From Catajapyx aquilonaris (Eukaryota): 64,000 nt of DNA. Of this stretch, positions 38,211-50,611 are shown piece by piece. A model generated the notes under the pieces. That model was not told where the DNA came from and made no database searches. It saw nothing but the letters and a program-made list of their open reading frames with translations. Within the stretch, counting starts at the first letter, position 1, and each line of letters opens with the position of its first letter. Made by a program: the position numbers and the translations under genes. The DNA lies in NCBI GenBank assembly GCA_000934665.2, contig KZ538328.1:1-64000 (forward strand). The letters run 5' to 3'.

Positions 38211-39848
38211 CCACCTTGATTAAAATAGTTTTTTTTACTACCAATATTAACCCACTCAAAAAAATGGCCATAAGGAACCTCCCTTATTTTGGATATGTCG
38301 GAATTTTTGGCAGATTCTTGGTATGGCTAAAAGCACCTCCGGAGATGAATCTGAAGTTGTGATCCATAGAAACGGATACAAGTATTTATGGTTGAGGACA
38401 GATGTTAGTGTCGGCTGAAGCAAAGTGTGTTTTCGCGTCTGGCAGGACAGGTGTGTGATGTGAGTAGGTGTGTGCGCGTTTGAAGTCAAAGAGTCTGCTG
38501 GGTGGGATGTAAACGGCAATATTTTATGGGGCCACCGCCCACTGACTCATCTCGAGTCGGCTGCTTACTCACACTCTCAGAAATAAAGGATTTCACGCCA
38601 CACCTCAACTCTCATAATCTCATATGCAAACTCTTCTAAAGGCCAGTTATGGCCAGTTAGAAAGGACTTTTTTTTTTAACCTTCCTTTCACACGCCGTTG
38701 TGGGGAAAAAGGGGGTATATAGGATGGAAAAGAAAAATCAATAGTATCATCCGGGCGGTTGTTCTGCAAGGCAAATACGACCTTATGCAAATCAAAACGG
38801 GAAAGCCAATGAGTCCGTCGCAGACTGGAGCAATTGCCAGGAGCATTTTTATTCATTACTAGATCCATTCGGAGATGTTCCTGTCAGGTCGATGCGTCAC
38901 CACGTGTGGTGTATGGAAAAACAAGATAAGTGGGATTCATACAATCATAACTCGAATGGCGTGTACACACCTAGATGGACCAAACCAGTTTTCAGGTAGA
39001 GTTCCGTGATGAGTGGGAGAGGAAAGGGTCATTCCAGGACAATTCGGTCTTAAATAAGCTGTAAATAAAGCCCAGCGTGTTTTCAGTGTAAGTAGATGCA
39101 TTATATCGTAGTCATGAGTTCTATCAGAATTCATTGCAGCAGAGAGAGAGTGGACATGTCAAGGTTAGAGAAATGTGTGTAATTAGTAGACTGCAATGTA
39201 TTGGTACTTATCCTTTTTTAATATGCAGGTATGATGTGTCGCCTGATTCTGTTTTATGGGAATTTATGGAGTTTTAACAGCAAAAGCTGGGTTGATTCAT
39301 GCATCCCCTGGGGTTAAAAGTATGTAACCTGTGACATTTACCTGTATCCCCCTAATGCGAGGGCCTTGAAATTAATTTCGCATCCCTTTAACCATCTTAC
39401 AGCCCACGCCCCAGGCTCATTAAAATATAAGTTCACCAGCATGACCCCACCATGACACGGCGGCGCTTGTGCATGTATTTACTCTACTACGCAGTATAGG
39501 ACTCGTATAATCTGTGTGATCGTCACACTATGGCCAGCATGTAACAATTATTGTTTGTGTCTGATGAGATTGGAATATTAAATATAATATGCAATGTGAT
39601 ACCTGATTAGTCAGACGAGTGTATCTATACACTCGTCTGAACTTAAAAATGAACTTATAAACTCACTAGTGAATTTATAAGTTCATGGGCATTTGAAGGT
39701 CACATGCTATGGAGCTGGGTCTTGCGAAATATTTTATGGACTATTTTCTTCTTCTTGAAAGATGAAATATCCATAATCGATCGAAACTTGGAGCAAGGTG
39801 ACATTGCATAGGTCAGCATGCATATTGGGACGTAATAGCTTGCCTGTT

Positions 39849-39853
<5 letters not shown>

Positions 39854-39904
<51 letters not shown>
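39854..39904. repeat. (TA)n microsatellite ending at an N
   Basis: Direct reading; true length is uncertain because of the N at 39905. Confidence 0.9.
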
Positions 39905-39949
39905 NCTCAAATTACCTTCCATTTATTAAAAGTGCAACGCAGTATAATA

Positions 39950-40265
39950 TAAATATCAAAAAATCTTACCATATTTCCAAAGTACATGCCATTTGACCAT
40001 AAAAATTATTATTTCCATTTCCCCCCAAAATCTCTAGTCAAAATCAAACACCAAGTCTATTAAAGCATTTTTCAAAATGTGGTACCCAAAAAATTTCCCC
40101 TGCGGCAGGCTTGTTGCCTCTATTTCAACAGGTTTTCATTCCTCAGTTATAAAAATTTCTTTCAAGAAACTCTTGCTGAAATATATTGGGGAGGGGGGGG
40201 GGGGGCGTGAGTGTTTGGTGAAAACGAAAAGGGGGGCGTCATGACGTAAAGGTTGGGAACCACTG
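39950..40265. mobile_element. One-ended hAT/Charlie-like remnant
   Basis: Ends in AAGGTTGGGAACCACTG (to 40265), a typical hAT MITE terminus; a similar decayed end GTCGCGACCCAGAGGTTGGGAACTG lies near 3460-3484. The left boundary is a guess and no partner TIR was found. Confidence 0.35.
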
Positions 40266-43200
40266 CTCTAACCTTTGACCTCCTAAGGTGAAATTTTGTT
40301 TTAGGTGACCAGAATTTGAGACTGAACTACGTAACAAAAAGGGAGGACCATGTAAGGTGGATGATTTTCTCTGGAATTATCCGAAACACGTTTGACCGTA
40401 CCTTCCTCCTATGGTGGGACAGACGGCAGTGACGAGTATTCAGGCAACGCGTGGAAGACTCATGTGCCCCGTTTTTTCAGCTTCTCCACACTAGTCTACG
40501 TCTAGCACCTAAATCTGCTTATTACTGCTTCCATGGCTTTTACAAAATATATTCTTCACACAAACGATTTGAGGGACGTTTACCTCCTGGAGATCCGTTT
40601 TTAGAATCGGGTCTTGCATCCACTCTTGGGGAGGAACCTCCGAAATAAATGGTTATTAATCAGCTGCAGTGAATGCGAGGAATGCTTTACTTGCCCCAAG
40701 TATGTGTCAGGCATATTTCCACATTGTTCAGAAGTATGTAATCTGGAATTGCAGTGCCAAGCCGTGCTAAGGAGGACGTTACGTGGTACAATAACATTCA
40801 CGAAGACGTGACATTTACTGTCTGTAAAAGATAAAAACACACTGCCTCAATACCATGTCATCGGCCATGTGTTATTTTAGACGTGCTATTTGCCAACTTC
40901 AATACCCAGCTTCCGCGACAAGTTTGCAAGGAACAAAGAGAGTGTAGGGGTTGGCTTAGGTGCAACGTCTGGAGGACACCATCCTGCTCTAGATGACGCA
41001 ATAGTCAAATTCCAGAATGAGGGTCAGCAGAGTAGTGCACATAAATGCCCAGTGGACAACGTGAAGATGTATGGAACACACATGGTGCAGGTGTGTCGGC
41101 AAGGGCAAAAGCCCGGGGGCAGAAATAGCTTTGGGAGAGAGCGTCGCCCTTGCAAGGCAGATTTAGCCCCCCCCACCAACNCCTGGAATGCTCCTGTGAC
41201 CTTGGCAACCATCACAACAGAACAAGTAGATGGCCCCTGGCTTGACATTGCTGCATGTAGGTGGTGATGCAGTGGGCTACGAAAAATGTGACTCCTGCAA
41301 GAGCTGATGCACTCGCATTCCTGAAACCGTGCCCAATGTTGCTTTTTTTCTGATGAGGACCAAGTCCGGCCTTCTCAGGTAATTAATGAGAGATATTCAT
41401 TGAAGTCGTCGCGTCGCACGTAGACAAAAAAAACCCACGGGGTGCAATGGATGCTGCATTACTTGCATTATTGTACTGAGTTCACTGGCAGGGAGTACTT
41501 AGTGTACGAACTGGTGTCACGTCCGATTTATTTCAAGTCACTCACTTCACGCATTTGCGTTTTTTTGTTGGTTTGCCTCCGAACACCGTGCAATGACAGG
41601 CGGATATGCCGCTAACATTGTACTATAAGTCAACAGCTGATGTATGTATACAATGAGAGTACAAGAGTATTCGGAACTTTGAGAATCTGAGAGCACCGCT
41701 TCTTCTGTCGCGTAATAATTAGGCGGTATGTCCTAAGGACAGAAGAACAACGATGAACAGACAGTGTTCATGTGCGTAACCAGTCTTATCATTATATTTA
41801 AAGTCGATATTTTCATTGCTAGTGTATGAATTGTCGAATTCATCAGCTATGGACAAAAAATACGTAGAATATATGTTCTGGTTTTATCAAGAACTTTGCA
41901 CCACGTAACTACTCAAAAATAGAAGTGACTGAGCCAATTATCTGGCAGAACATTCTGGTAGGACACTGCAATTCTGGATTACTCTACAAAGCCGTTCACT
42001 TGCATCTACGTAAACTACACATCCACCTACTTGGACTCTACAAAAATAAAAGCAACAGCAAGTGAACACCGTAATTTGCAGCCAATCTTGAGTAGCACCA
42101 GAAAAATTGCGCACCCTCCAATGTATTATTAGCGATTATGTGTAGGAGAGGTCAGAATAAATTACAGTGATTTCGTAATTGACCCTTACGCGCAATGTAC
42201 GGGTGCTTTGAGTTGCAGCCATGATGGTAAAAAAAACAATGTAAAAAAAAGAAGATAAAAATTCACAGCATGAGTGAGTACAGTGATCGGTGTCATTCCC
42301 AGTGGCAGCAGACGTCACGATAGTTTAGCGACAGCTACGTAACCATGATCCCCCAGGCTGCGCCTTGCGGTTTTCAAATCCGGAAACTCCCCTCCAGGGG
42401 CTCTCTCATCAAGTCGCACATCATCACGTTCATCAAGCAAGCTCTTTGGTGGGATCCTCCTCGCTGATTTTCCAAGTGGGCGAAACGTCACCCACCAACT
42501 AGTAGGGGTGACGCAACTAAGGATTCTGGTTTCCAAGGATGCTCGTACATTGGCCAGCAGGTAGTTCGCGAATAAATTGATTCATCTATTTGCAAATGCA
42601 TATTCGCCCCCTTTTCAAGGGCGACAACAAAAAAATATGGATGCCCTCTCCACACCCTTTAACCTCCGCCAGACATGGAATAATGCGAAGGCGGTCACTT
42701 CTTTTTTGTATGTCCATTTTGTTGATGTCCGGTGAGCGTAAATAATACGTACAGGGTTAGAGGTGGGATTTACGGATACGAGGTGAAAAAGAGCAGGCAA
42801 GAGGACGGAACAGAGACGTCCCAGGCGTCTGTCTGACATGCACCCTGGGCTCGTAAAGTTGGCTTATTCGCGGGACAAATAATTGTGTGTGTCGCAACAC
42901 GAGTCCGAAAGATGTTGGTGGTGGCGCCGAGCGAGCCCTCACATGTCAAGCCTTTTAAAGATATGGTTGTTTTAGCGTGCTTTATTGGGGTAGCGAGTTT
43001 TCTAACTGGCTTTTAGCGTATCATGAGCCATATATCCTCACTTGCCGTCACTAAACGTGAAGTATGTGTGCGCTAAACGTGATATAATATATTTAATTAA
43101 TTCTACACAGCACGGCGTTTTCCACAAGGCTCGTTACTCGCATGAGCCGTTTTCCCAAACGTGGCCGAGCAATGAGTATATATTTTTTCCAAAAAGCTTT

Positions 43201-46200
43201 TTGTGAATGCCAATGAAAGGACTGGGCGTGGGCAGGTAAATACTGTAAGCTTAATAATATTAATGGTAGGGAAGGGCCACTCGGTCATGAAAAGCATTCA
43301 CGCCTCGAACCTTCCCACAGTACTTACATCACTATAGCATATCAATAGACCTTGACCTTTTGGCGGGAGTTAAAAAAACAACAACGGTTGCCTGCGAGCG
43401 TAACCAATGTATCCAGTGGGTCCCTGTGTCACGGTGCTCCCTATTTTTTTTTGTACTATTTAAAAGAAGGTAAACTATATGAACTGGAGGTTCATTGGGA
43501 TTGTCACGCACTCATTTGTTGCATGTGCTGAAAACACATAATGGCAACTTCGATGGTCGACGCAAGAGGAAACAGCAGCCCCCATTACGAGATGCAATCG
43601 CGTAATATCCGCAGCATCCTCTTTGGCGGTACAGATTGGGTTATGCACTTAGGCCTGGAGGAGCTTCTGGCAAGGTGTGATTAATGGTTTGCGGCGCAGT
43701 TGTTGCGTGCTGAGTTGGTTCACACAGAGGACTTTCAAATGGATGAGGATCATTGACGATCTTCGGTAGCAATCAGCTGAAGAGATGTGGAGGGTTGGGG
43801 GAGGAAAAAGACTGTCTCTCAGAGATGGGCTAATCCGTCATCGAAAATCGATCCTAGAGTTGGTTTTTTTTTCACTTGGAAGCAGCTTCAATATTCCATT
43901 TCTGTCCTTTTGCTGTAATAATGGAAGATATAGGCTGTTAGGTTCAGGGGGGAAAATGGCGTGTAGCTTACAAAAGTAGGGCGATTTGATCAAACCGACA
44001 CGTAAATCGGCGTGAAATAAATCGGATTAAGTTTTTTCTCTCTTTCCTTGTTGCATCTCTCCATCCATAGTGTATAGTCGACTCTATTCCGGAAAATGTG
44101 GAAAAAAGGGGGATAGCAGCACTCTTGCACACCGTTTTCTCCCATGAAAGCGGCAGAGGGGAAAAAAATCTAATATTCGCACCTTTCTCCGGAAAATCCG
44201 GGCAGCTGCATCCGACTTAACCCGCCTTTTTAAAGGGTTTAACCAAGAGGGATTCGCATATACGGCTTATTGTACAGTATCTACCGTGTTGTTTCATCTG
44301 CTTGGACCGGAAGGATGCACATTGCACAATAATCCGGAATGGTCTCCTATCGAACCGAGGAGCCGCAGTTGGCAAGAACACTCCTACTTCTCTTGGCAAC
44401 AAATCCCTTTCTCTCCTCCTTGGCCCGGATTTTTCCCCCCCTTTCCGGGTCTGGAACCGAACTGAAATCTCTTCCTGGGAACCATTATGGGTATTAATGA
44501 GGCCTTCGGGCATGCAGTTCATCTTCCCCGGAACAACCGGGTGAATCCTCTGGTGGTATTAGGCAAAAAAAAAGAAAAAAATAGAAGCTAACCTAGCTAA
44601 TGATTGCTTCTGCACTTAGACAGTAAAGCAATCGAAGGATTGGCTTAGGTCACCTGCGACCACTTTGTTCACCTGACAAATATGGCGCCCTTTTTTTTGA
44701 GGGTTCGTCGACCTGTCCCGCTAAGGAAATATCCCTTCGGGGACGTCCCATAAATTATAAGCTAAGTCTGACTTGAAGTGAGTAACGCTCCAGCCTTCCT
44801 CCTGGTCTACCGGTTGTAATGTATTCCTTTTTTCCCAGGCAGGAAAAATGAAAATGCTAGGATATTTTTCTAGGCTGGCCCAGTTGTTTTAGCTCTCAGG
44901 AGCCGTAGGAAAAGAGTTTATTGGGGAATTTAGGCGCTTTTAGTTCGTCTGGAGTGACCGGGTTGAAAAGGTGTGCGAAAGGAGATCGTTCGTGAGTATT
45001 ATGCTAAGGAATGAGGCTAAGCGCTTTGAAGAAAATCTTTCTCGCTCTGTGCAGTCGAGATGATAGGGGATTAGCGGTTTCTCTGTTTTTACTCTGGATT
45101 AAGATGTAGGCAACTCGTTCTCATTCCAAACCAATTTAGTCCACAATGGGCTGAGCGGTGATTAAAGCGGTTGGGAATGTTTGACACTTCCTTACAGAAC
45201 CCTTCTCTCAATGGTGGCTCTTCATTCTGTTGTAGTTGTTGGCTGATTCACGTGTTGTTGCAGAATTGTTCGGTCGGGGAAACCATTTGTCATGTATGAA
45301 GCCAAGCGCGTTTATTTTTCTGTTTTATAACAAGTATGTATTGGGCTGCTGAAATTTACAACGGCGCAATACATCAAAGCTCTTTGTTGGCTGTTAAAAA
45401 ACAAATACTTTTTTTAGTGGCTCCTATGTATTTCAGGGCAAACAGACTGTTTCAAACATGAGGATCAAAATGGAACAGTAATAACAATGGAGCTGATTTG
45501 TTTGAGGCTTGTAGTTATGTGATGTCCCTATAAGGCTAGATCAGAACAGTACAGTAATATTGGCCGAAAGTTATAGTGTCTGCGCTACTTTAAAAATGAA
45601 TAGGCCTGTTGGTTATAGGCTTATATTTATTCCTGGAAAATATCAGCAAGACATGCGACAGAAAATTCCACTGCAACACACCTGTCAAACTATATGACCA
45701 TGTTGACATATGCTGCCCTCAGAATTACCATAAATCCATGAGAGCCACGTGGAAATAGCGCTACACTGTCCAAATACACGGTCTACGCGTTCCTTCTTGT
45801 GGAATGGGATATAAAAACTCGTTTGGAAAACAGAATCAATATTATGGAACAACATGCAAAATTTAATGCAGCTAATTTGGCAAACACTATTATTCTTGCA
45901 AATAAAAGAGAGATTATTTTAAATCAGCAGGTTGGAAAACCGTACCATCAGCATTGTAGTGCGAAGCGGTTGAGCGTTACTCACCGTGGCATGTCAGTAT
46001 TGGATTTTCATCGATTAAGTCAAGTAAGGCAAAAGCGGAAGAGCAAAGTAGGGAGAGGAAAAAATGTGCAACGATGAGGTCACTCGATAATGTAAATTTA
46101 GCCAGGCTTGATCGGTTTTCAGTGCAACTAATGGGATCCAATTAACGCTGGTTTTATTGAACACGAATATCCAATTCCACGTTTTAATTTTTTTCTAATT

Positions 46201-49200
46201 GCGCTTTCTATCGTAATGGGGGCCCCTGTTTGGACCCAAGCTTTAAAAGCTCGGGAACTATCGACGACAAAAGACATATAATACACTGCAGCAACCACGT
46301 AACAGCAAGTAATATGCAACAAATGAACTGCCCGAGTAATATCTATCCACCGGTTATTACTGCACTGTAAACAGGACGTGTCCGTTGATGACGCCGTTAC
46401 ACGCTCGAAAAGTCCGCAGACTCCTGCATAGGTATCAATATTGTTCCACCGAGCGTAAACCCCCCCCNNNNNNNNNNNNNNNNNNNNNNNNNNNNNNNNN
46501 NNNATTTGATTGTCGTCATCTCATCCATTCTATACGAGGGAAGCAAGTCAATATCTGGACACCATCCTGAGCGGCTGTAAAACCGAATTGAGTGCCAGCC
46601 TACACCTGAGCTTGGACCCATCCAATGCAAGAGGGTTTTGGTCCATCGCTTCCCGAAAAAAAAAAACCAAAAAACCGCCACCATCTGTAGGAAAGTGAGG
46701 TGAGATTGGTTGTAACGAAGAAGCTCCAGGTCTTCGTGACTGAGAACCCATTTTAGCCTAGGGTTATAGTGTCTAGGGCGGTTCCAGTCCAATATGTCTG
46801 CCAAAATCATCCTTTTTCGCAGTAATTGGGATACCAGGATTGCCCCCAGGAATAATCGAGGGGGTGGGATGGATTTTTCCGGACCTGACCTTTTTCTTTG
46901 ACTGCCTTCAAAATTTTGCACCAGCCACCCCCTCGAGGTTGTTCCCGTTAAAGCAAAGTCTAGCCTTGGGCAAGACATTTGTGCTTTCGCCACACGGTTC
47001 TCTCTCTCTCTCTTCTGCAGTTTTTTTTTCTTTTGCAACGTAAACTTAAAGGAGTGAGCGAATATCGCCCGCTAGCCAAAGAAAATAACCGGTTAAGTTT
47101 GAGAAATAGAGTGCAACTGGAAATGGGGGTATGCCCGTGAATTTACAAACCAAAGCTTCGGAATGTACAAATTGGAACGCCCGTAGTATATCAGATCGAA
47201 TAGGGGGGAGACATGTTTGCCTGCATTCTTTAGGTGGTACCAATCCAGATGGAAAAAAAGAACCTTCAAATATTTTTTTTTTACTTCGTCGTCGTCTTGA
47301 AGTCCTCGATGGTCTTGTCGCGAACGTATCCAGTCGGAAATTGGATTCGATTGGCAGACCAAGTTTGTTGGGAGGTGGAAGGGGGGGAGGGCAATGCTGG
47401 GTGAGAATATTAATTTCCGACCGGTAATTCCTGGGAAGATTAGGGAGGGTGGATAGATTCGAATTGTATCGATCTGGATGAGATTGTTGGATTTGTGCCG
47501 GTTGTGTGTTGGCATTATTACAGAGGAAGTGAGGGGTGGAAAACTGGTGCTGTAGGGCGACTGGGGTCTGTATAAGCCTGGGGTTTATACACAGAGTGCA
47601 ACGGAGTGCGAGCTTGGAACCTCAGAGCGTTTGTTTTAGTCCTATTTTCCACGCCCCACAGGAAAAGTCTTGCTTTTGACACCTGTTTGCGAGTTTACAA
47701 GCGTGAAATATTAGTTTGCTCTAGTTGAAAAATGCAGGAAAAGCTCTTTGCATTTGGGTATGCATTGCGGCTCAACATGTATAGTCCAGACGCAATTTTT
47801 CTTCTCCCATGAAAAGTGGGGCACCGATCGAACATGACCAGAGAAGAGTTTTTTTTTCTTTCTTTTTCTTTTTTGAAAGAAGAAATGTAAGCCCCTTTCT
47901 AAGCAGTCACATCGAGTAGTCAGGTATGATACGTGACAATGAACAGGTGTGGGCGAAATCCATTTCCACTCCATCTCCTTGGGCAATCTGGCACCCCCTG
48001 GAACCATGCGTGACTTTTGACCTGGCAGCCTCCAGAGGCCATCATCAGGTGGGCGGGAGCGTGGGTTGTGCGCACATAGGCTAGGCATGGCGTAGGCTGA
48101 GCGATGGCTCCCTTTGGCTCAGCTGCCGAGCCAGCATTTGCATGGAAATGGACGTTGCCGTCGACAAATGGAGCTCCCACCGGATTATGCTGCCTGCTCC
48201 GGATCCACAGTCTTGGCGCCAGATCAACTATTGAAGTTATAAGGTGGCGTGCAAGCACACAAATACTGAAATGCATGCGTTTCCGGATAGCCCACTTCTT
48301 GTAGGCCACCAAAGTTTTCAATCTATAAATTGATGAGTTACGCGATCCATACGTTATTCAAATGCCGGATAGTATGCTTTTTTGGGGGGTGGGTGGGTGG
48401 ATATGTGTATATCCATAGTTAACAGTGTTGGCCAAATTATGGATTCGGTTGGAAAGCACTGGAATATTTAATAGCGATATGTTTTATTCAGGGGGTTGAT
48501 ACATTGTACGTAAGGTAAAGGTTTTTTTTCTCTCATTTCTGATTGGCTGCTTCACCTCATTTTTGTAGTCAATTAGGCTTCGATTTGCCAGGCATGTGTA
48601 CTGTACAGCTGCGAACAAAAAGATGTGATGGAGTAGGAGTTCACTGTACAACCGATGAAGTCTCTGTTCCAATGGTATTGTACAGTGTATAATAACGTCA
48701 TTATTTTGACGTTCGATACTGTTATGTTTGCGTTTGAGCAAAGTCATCACGGTTTCTCTTGCACAATCAGCATACGTTCTGATCATTGCCATATTAAAAT
48801 GAGGTTCATAATGATGTCAGTGTCGCTTTTGTTTAAGTGAAATTTGCTAAATTACGACTTTGGAATTAACATTGATGTTACGTGACATTTACTTGCTCTA
48901 TGCAGCTATATCAGCTGATTCACTGCACTGCGCGTCCCAGTTTTCGTCGCGTTATTATAGGCCTACAGTGTGATACATTTCCCGAAAAAAATTACCCCCG
49001 GGGAAGAATAACAATAATGTTTTTCCAACAGAATTCATAATAACGTGCTGCCCAACACCATATATGGCGAATTCTCACACCGGTGTTGCATGTACGGCTA
49101 ATGAAAATGATTTTTTAGTGTGAAAACAACTAAACTATTTACCAACTGCGCGGGCGTTTGATACGTGTGAATATAACACTGCGCAAATGGGTGAGTGTCT

Positions 49201-50568
49201 CCCAGGCTGATTTTTAGATTGGGGCCCAAAGGGAACAAGAGTGCCAATTGGCAAGCTGCAATCAGTACGAGATTTGGCTTATGCAGACAATCCCCATCGG
49301 TACTGTCCTGGGGTAAGAGCAAAAACCAAGCATTCGCCGTGATCATATAAGGAGACGAGGAATGTGGACGAGGGCAAAAAGCCAGCGATTTAATATGTGC
49401 GAATGTATGGAATATGACCACCCTTGTTTACTCAAACGTGACGTTTTTGGCACCTCATTAACCCACCCACTCCCTCTTCTGGAATTTCGAAGAGGAATTC
49501 TGCATTTCTTTGGCTGAAGTTTTACCATCACCTGAGGCATCGCGTCACACTTTGATCATTACAGTCTTCTCCACCCTGGTGATGACGATACAACGTCAAG
49601 CCTTTTCTCCTATCCAGGTTTCCGCCTCCGGGAAAGATTTTGAGCCAAGTTACGACTCAGCCTCTGCTCCAATGCGATAATGAAGTACAGGTCCCTTATC
49701 CCGTGCTGATATAGCGGAAGCTGCGACTCCACCAATGCCAATCAGGTTGAGTCCGCTGGTATGTTTTTTTTTTAAGGGACGAAAATCTCGTTGGCGATCT
49801 TGAGTTGCGCGACTATCGCTTATGGCAGGACCCGGAGCATGTTAATGGGCCTTAGGGAATGCTCTTCATCACGCGTCATAATTTGGTTGCCAGGCCCCCT
49901 CGTTCCTGCCTTTACAGTCTTCACCAGGAATTATTATTCATTGCCGGAGAGATAAAACTGTGGCAATTTCTTTGCTCCAGGCGATTCTCTTCTTTTGTAA
50001 TTCCTTCGTCGCAGGATGCCTCCTGGTAATGAAGCGCATCTTGCAGAATTCTGGAGGAAGATAATAATTATTGCCAGCGCAGAGGAGACAATTCTCTTTC
50101 TATCGGTTCGGCTCTCTGCAGAGGAAAGATGTGGGTGGTTGGGTGGCTCGTGGAAGAGGCCAGTAAGCGTGGGATCGTCCAGGAAAATCTGACAACTGGA
50201 ATCACCTGAGTTTGCTCTCAAACTGGTATAAAAATACTGTGAGTTATTTAAAATATGTGCTGGGATCGTACAGTGCAATTATGGAGCAACTTATTTTCCG
50301 ACAGTGCAGTGGGTTGCCTCTAAGTAAATTAACGGCACATATTGGCACCACTTGCCTTGATGATATATATCTCCAGGTGGGTCAAAAGGGACTTGGAAAG
50401 CTCATACAGGAAAGTCGAGAGACAGTGTATAGTCTAGTGTAAATTCATCCTGACAGTGAGTAGAACTCGACTGACTGCCTCACCCTATACGCTTCCGTGC
50501 AGGCTATATACCAAGTAGTGTGGTAATTTAGAGCATCAGCATAGATTGTTTCCCCTTCTTGCCTGATG

Positions 50569-50570
<2 letters not shown>

Positions 50571-50608
<38 letters not shown>
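50571..50608. repeat. (TC)19 microsatellite
   Basis: Direct reading. Confidence 0.95.

Positions 50609-50611
<3 letters not shown>

Noticed and set aside
38572..38590. CACTCTCAGAAATAAAGG resembling a CACTA-type terminus
   Set aside because: No matching inverted partner or TSD found.
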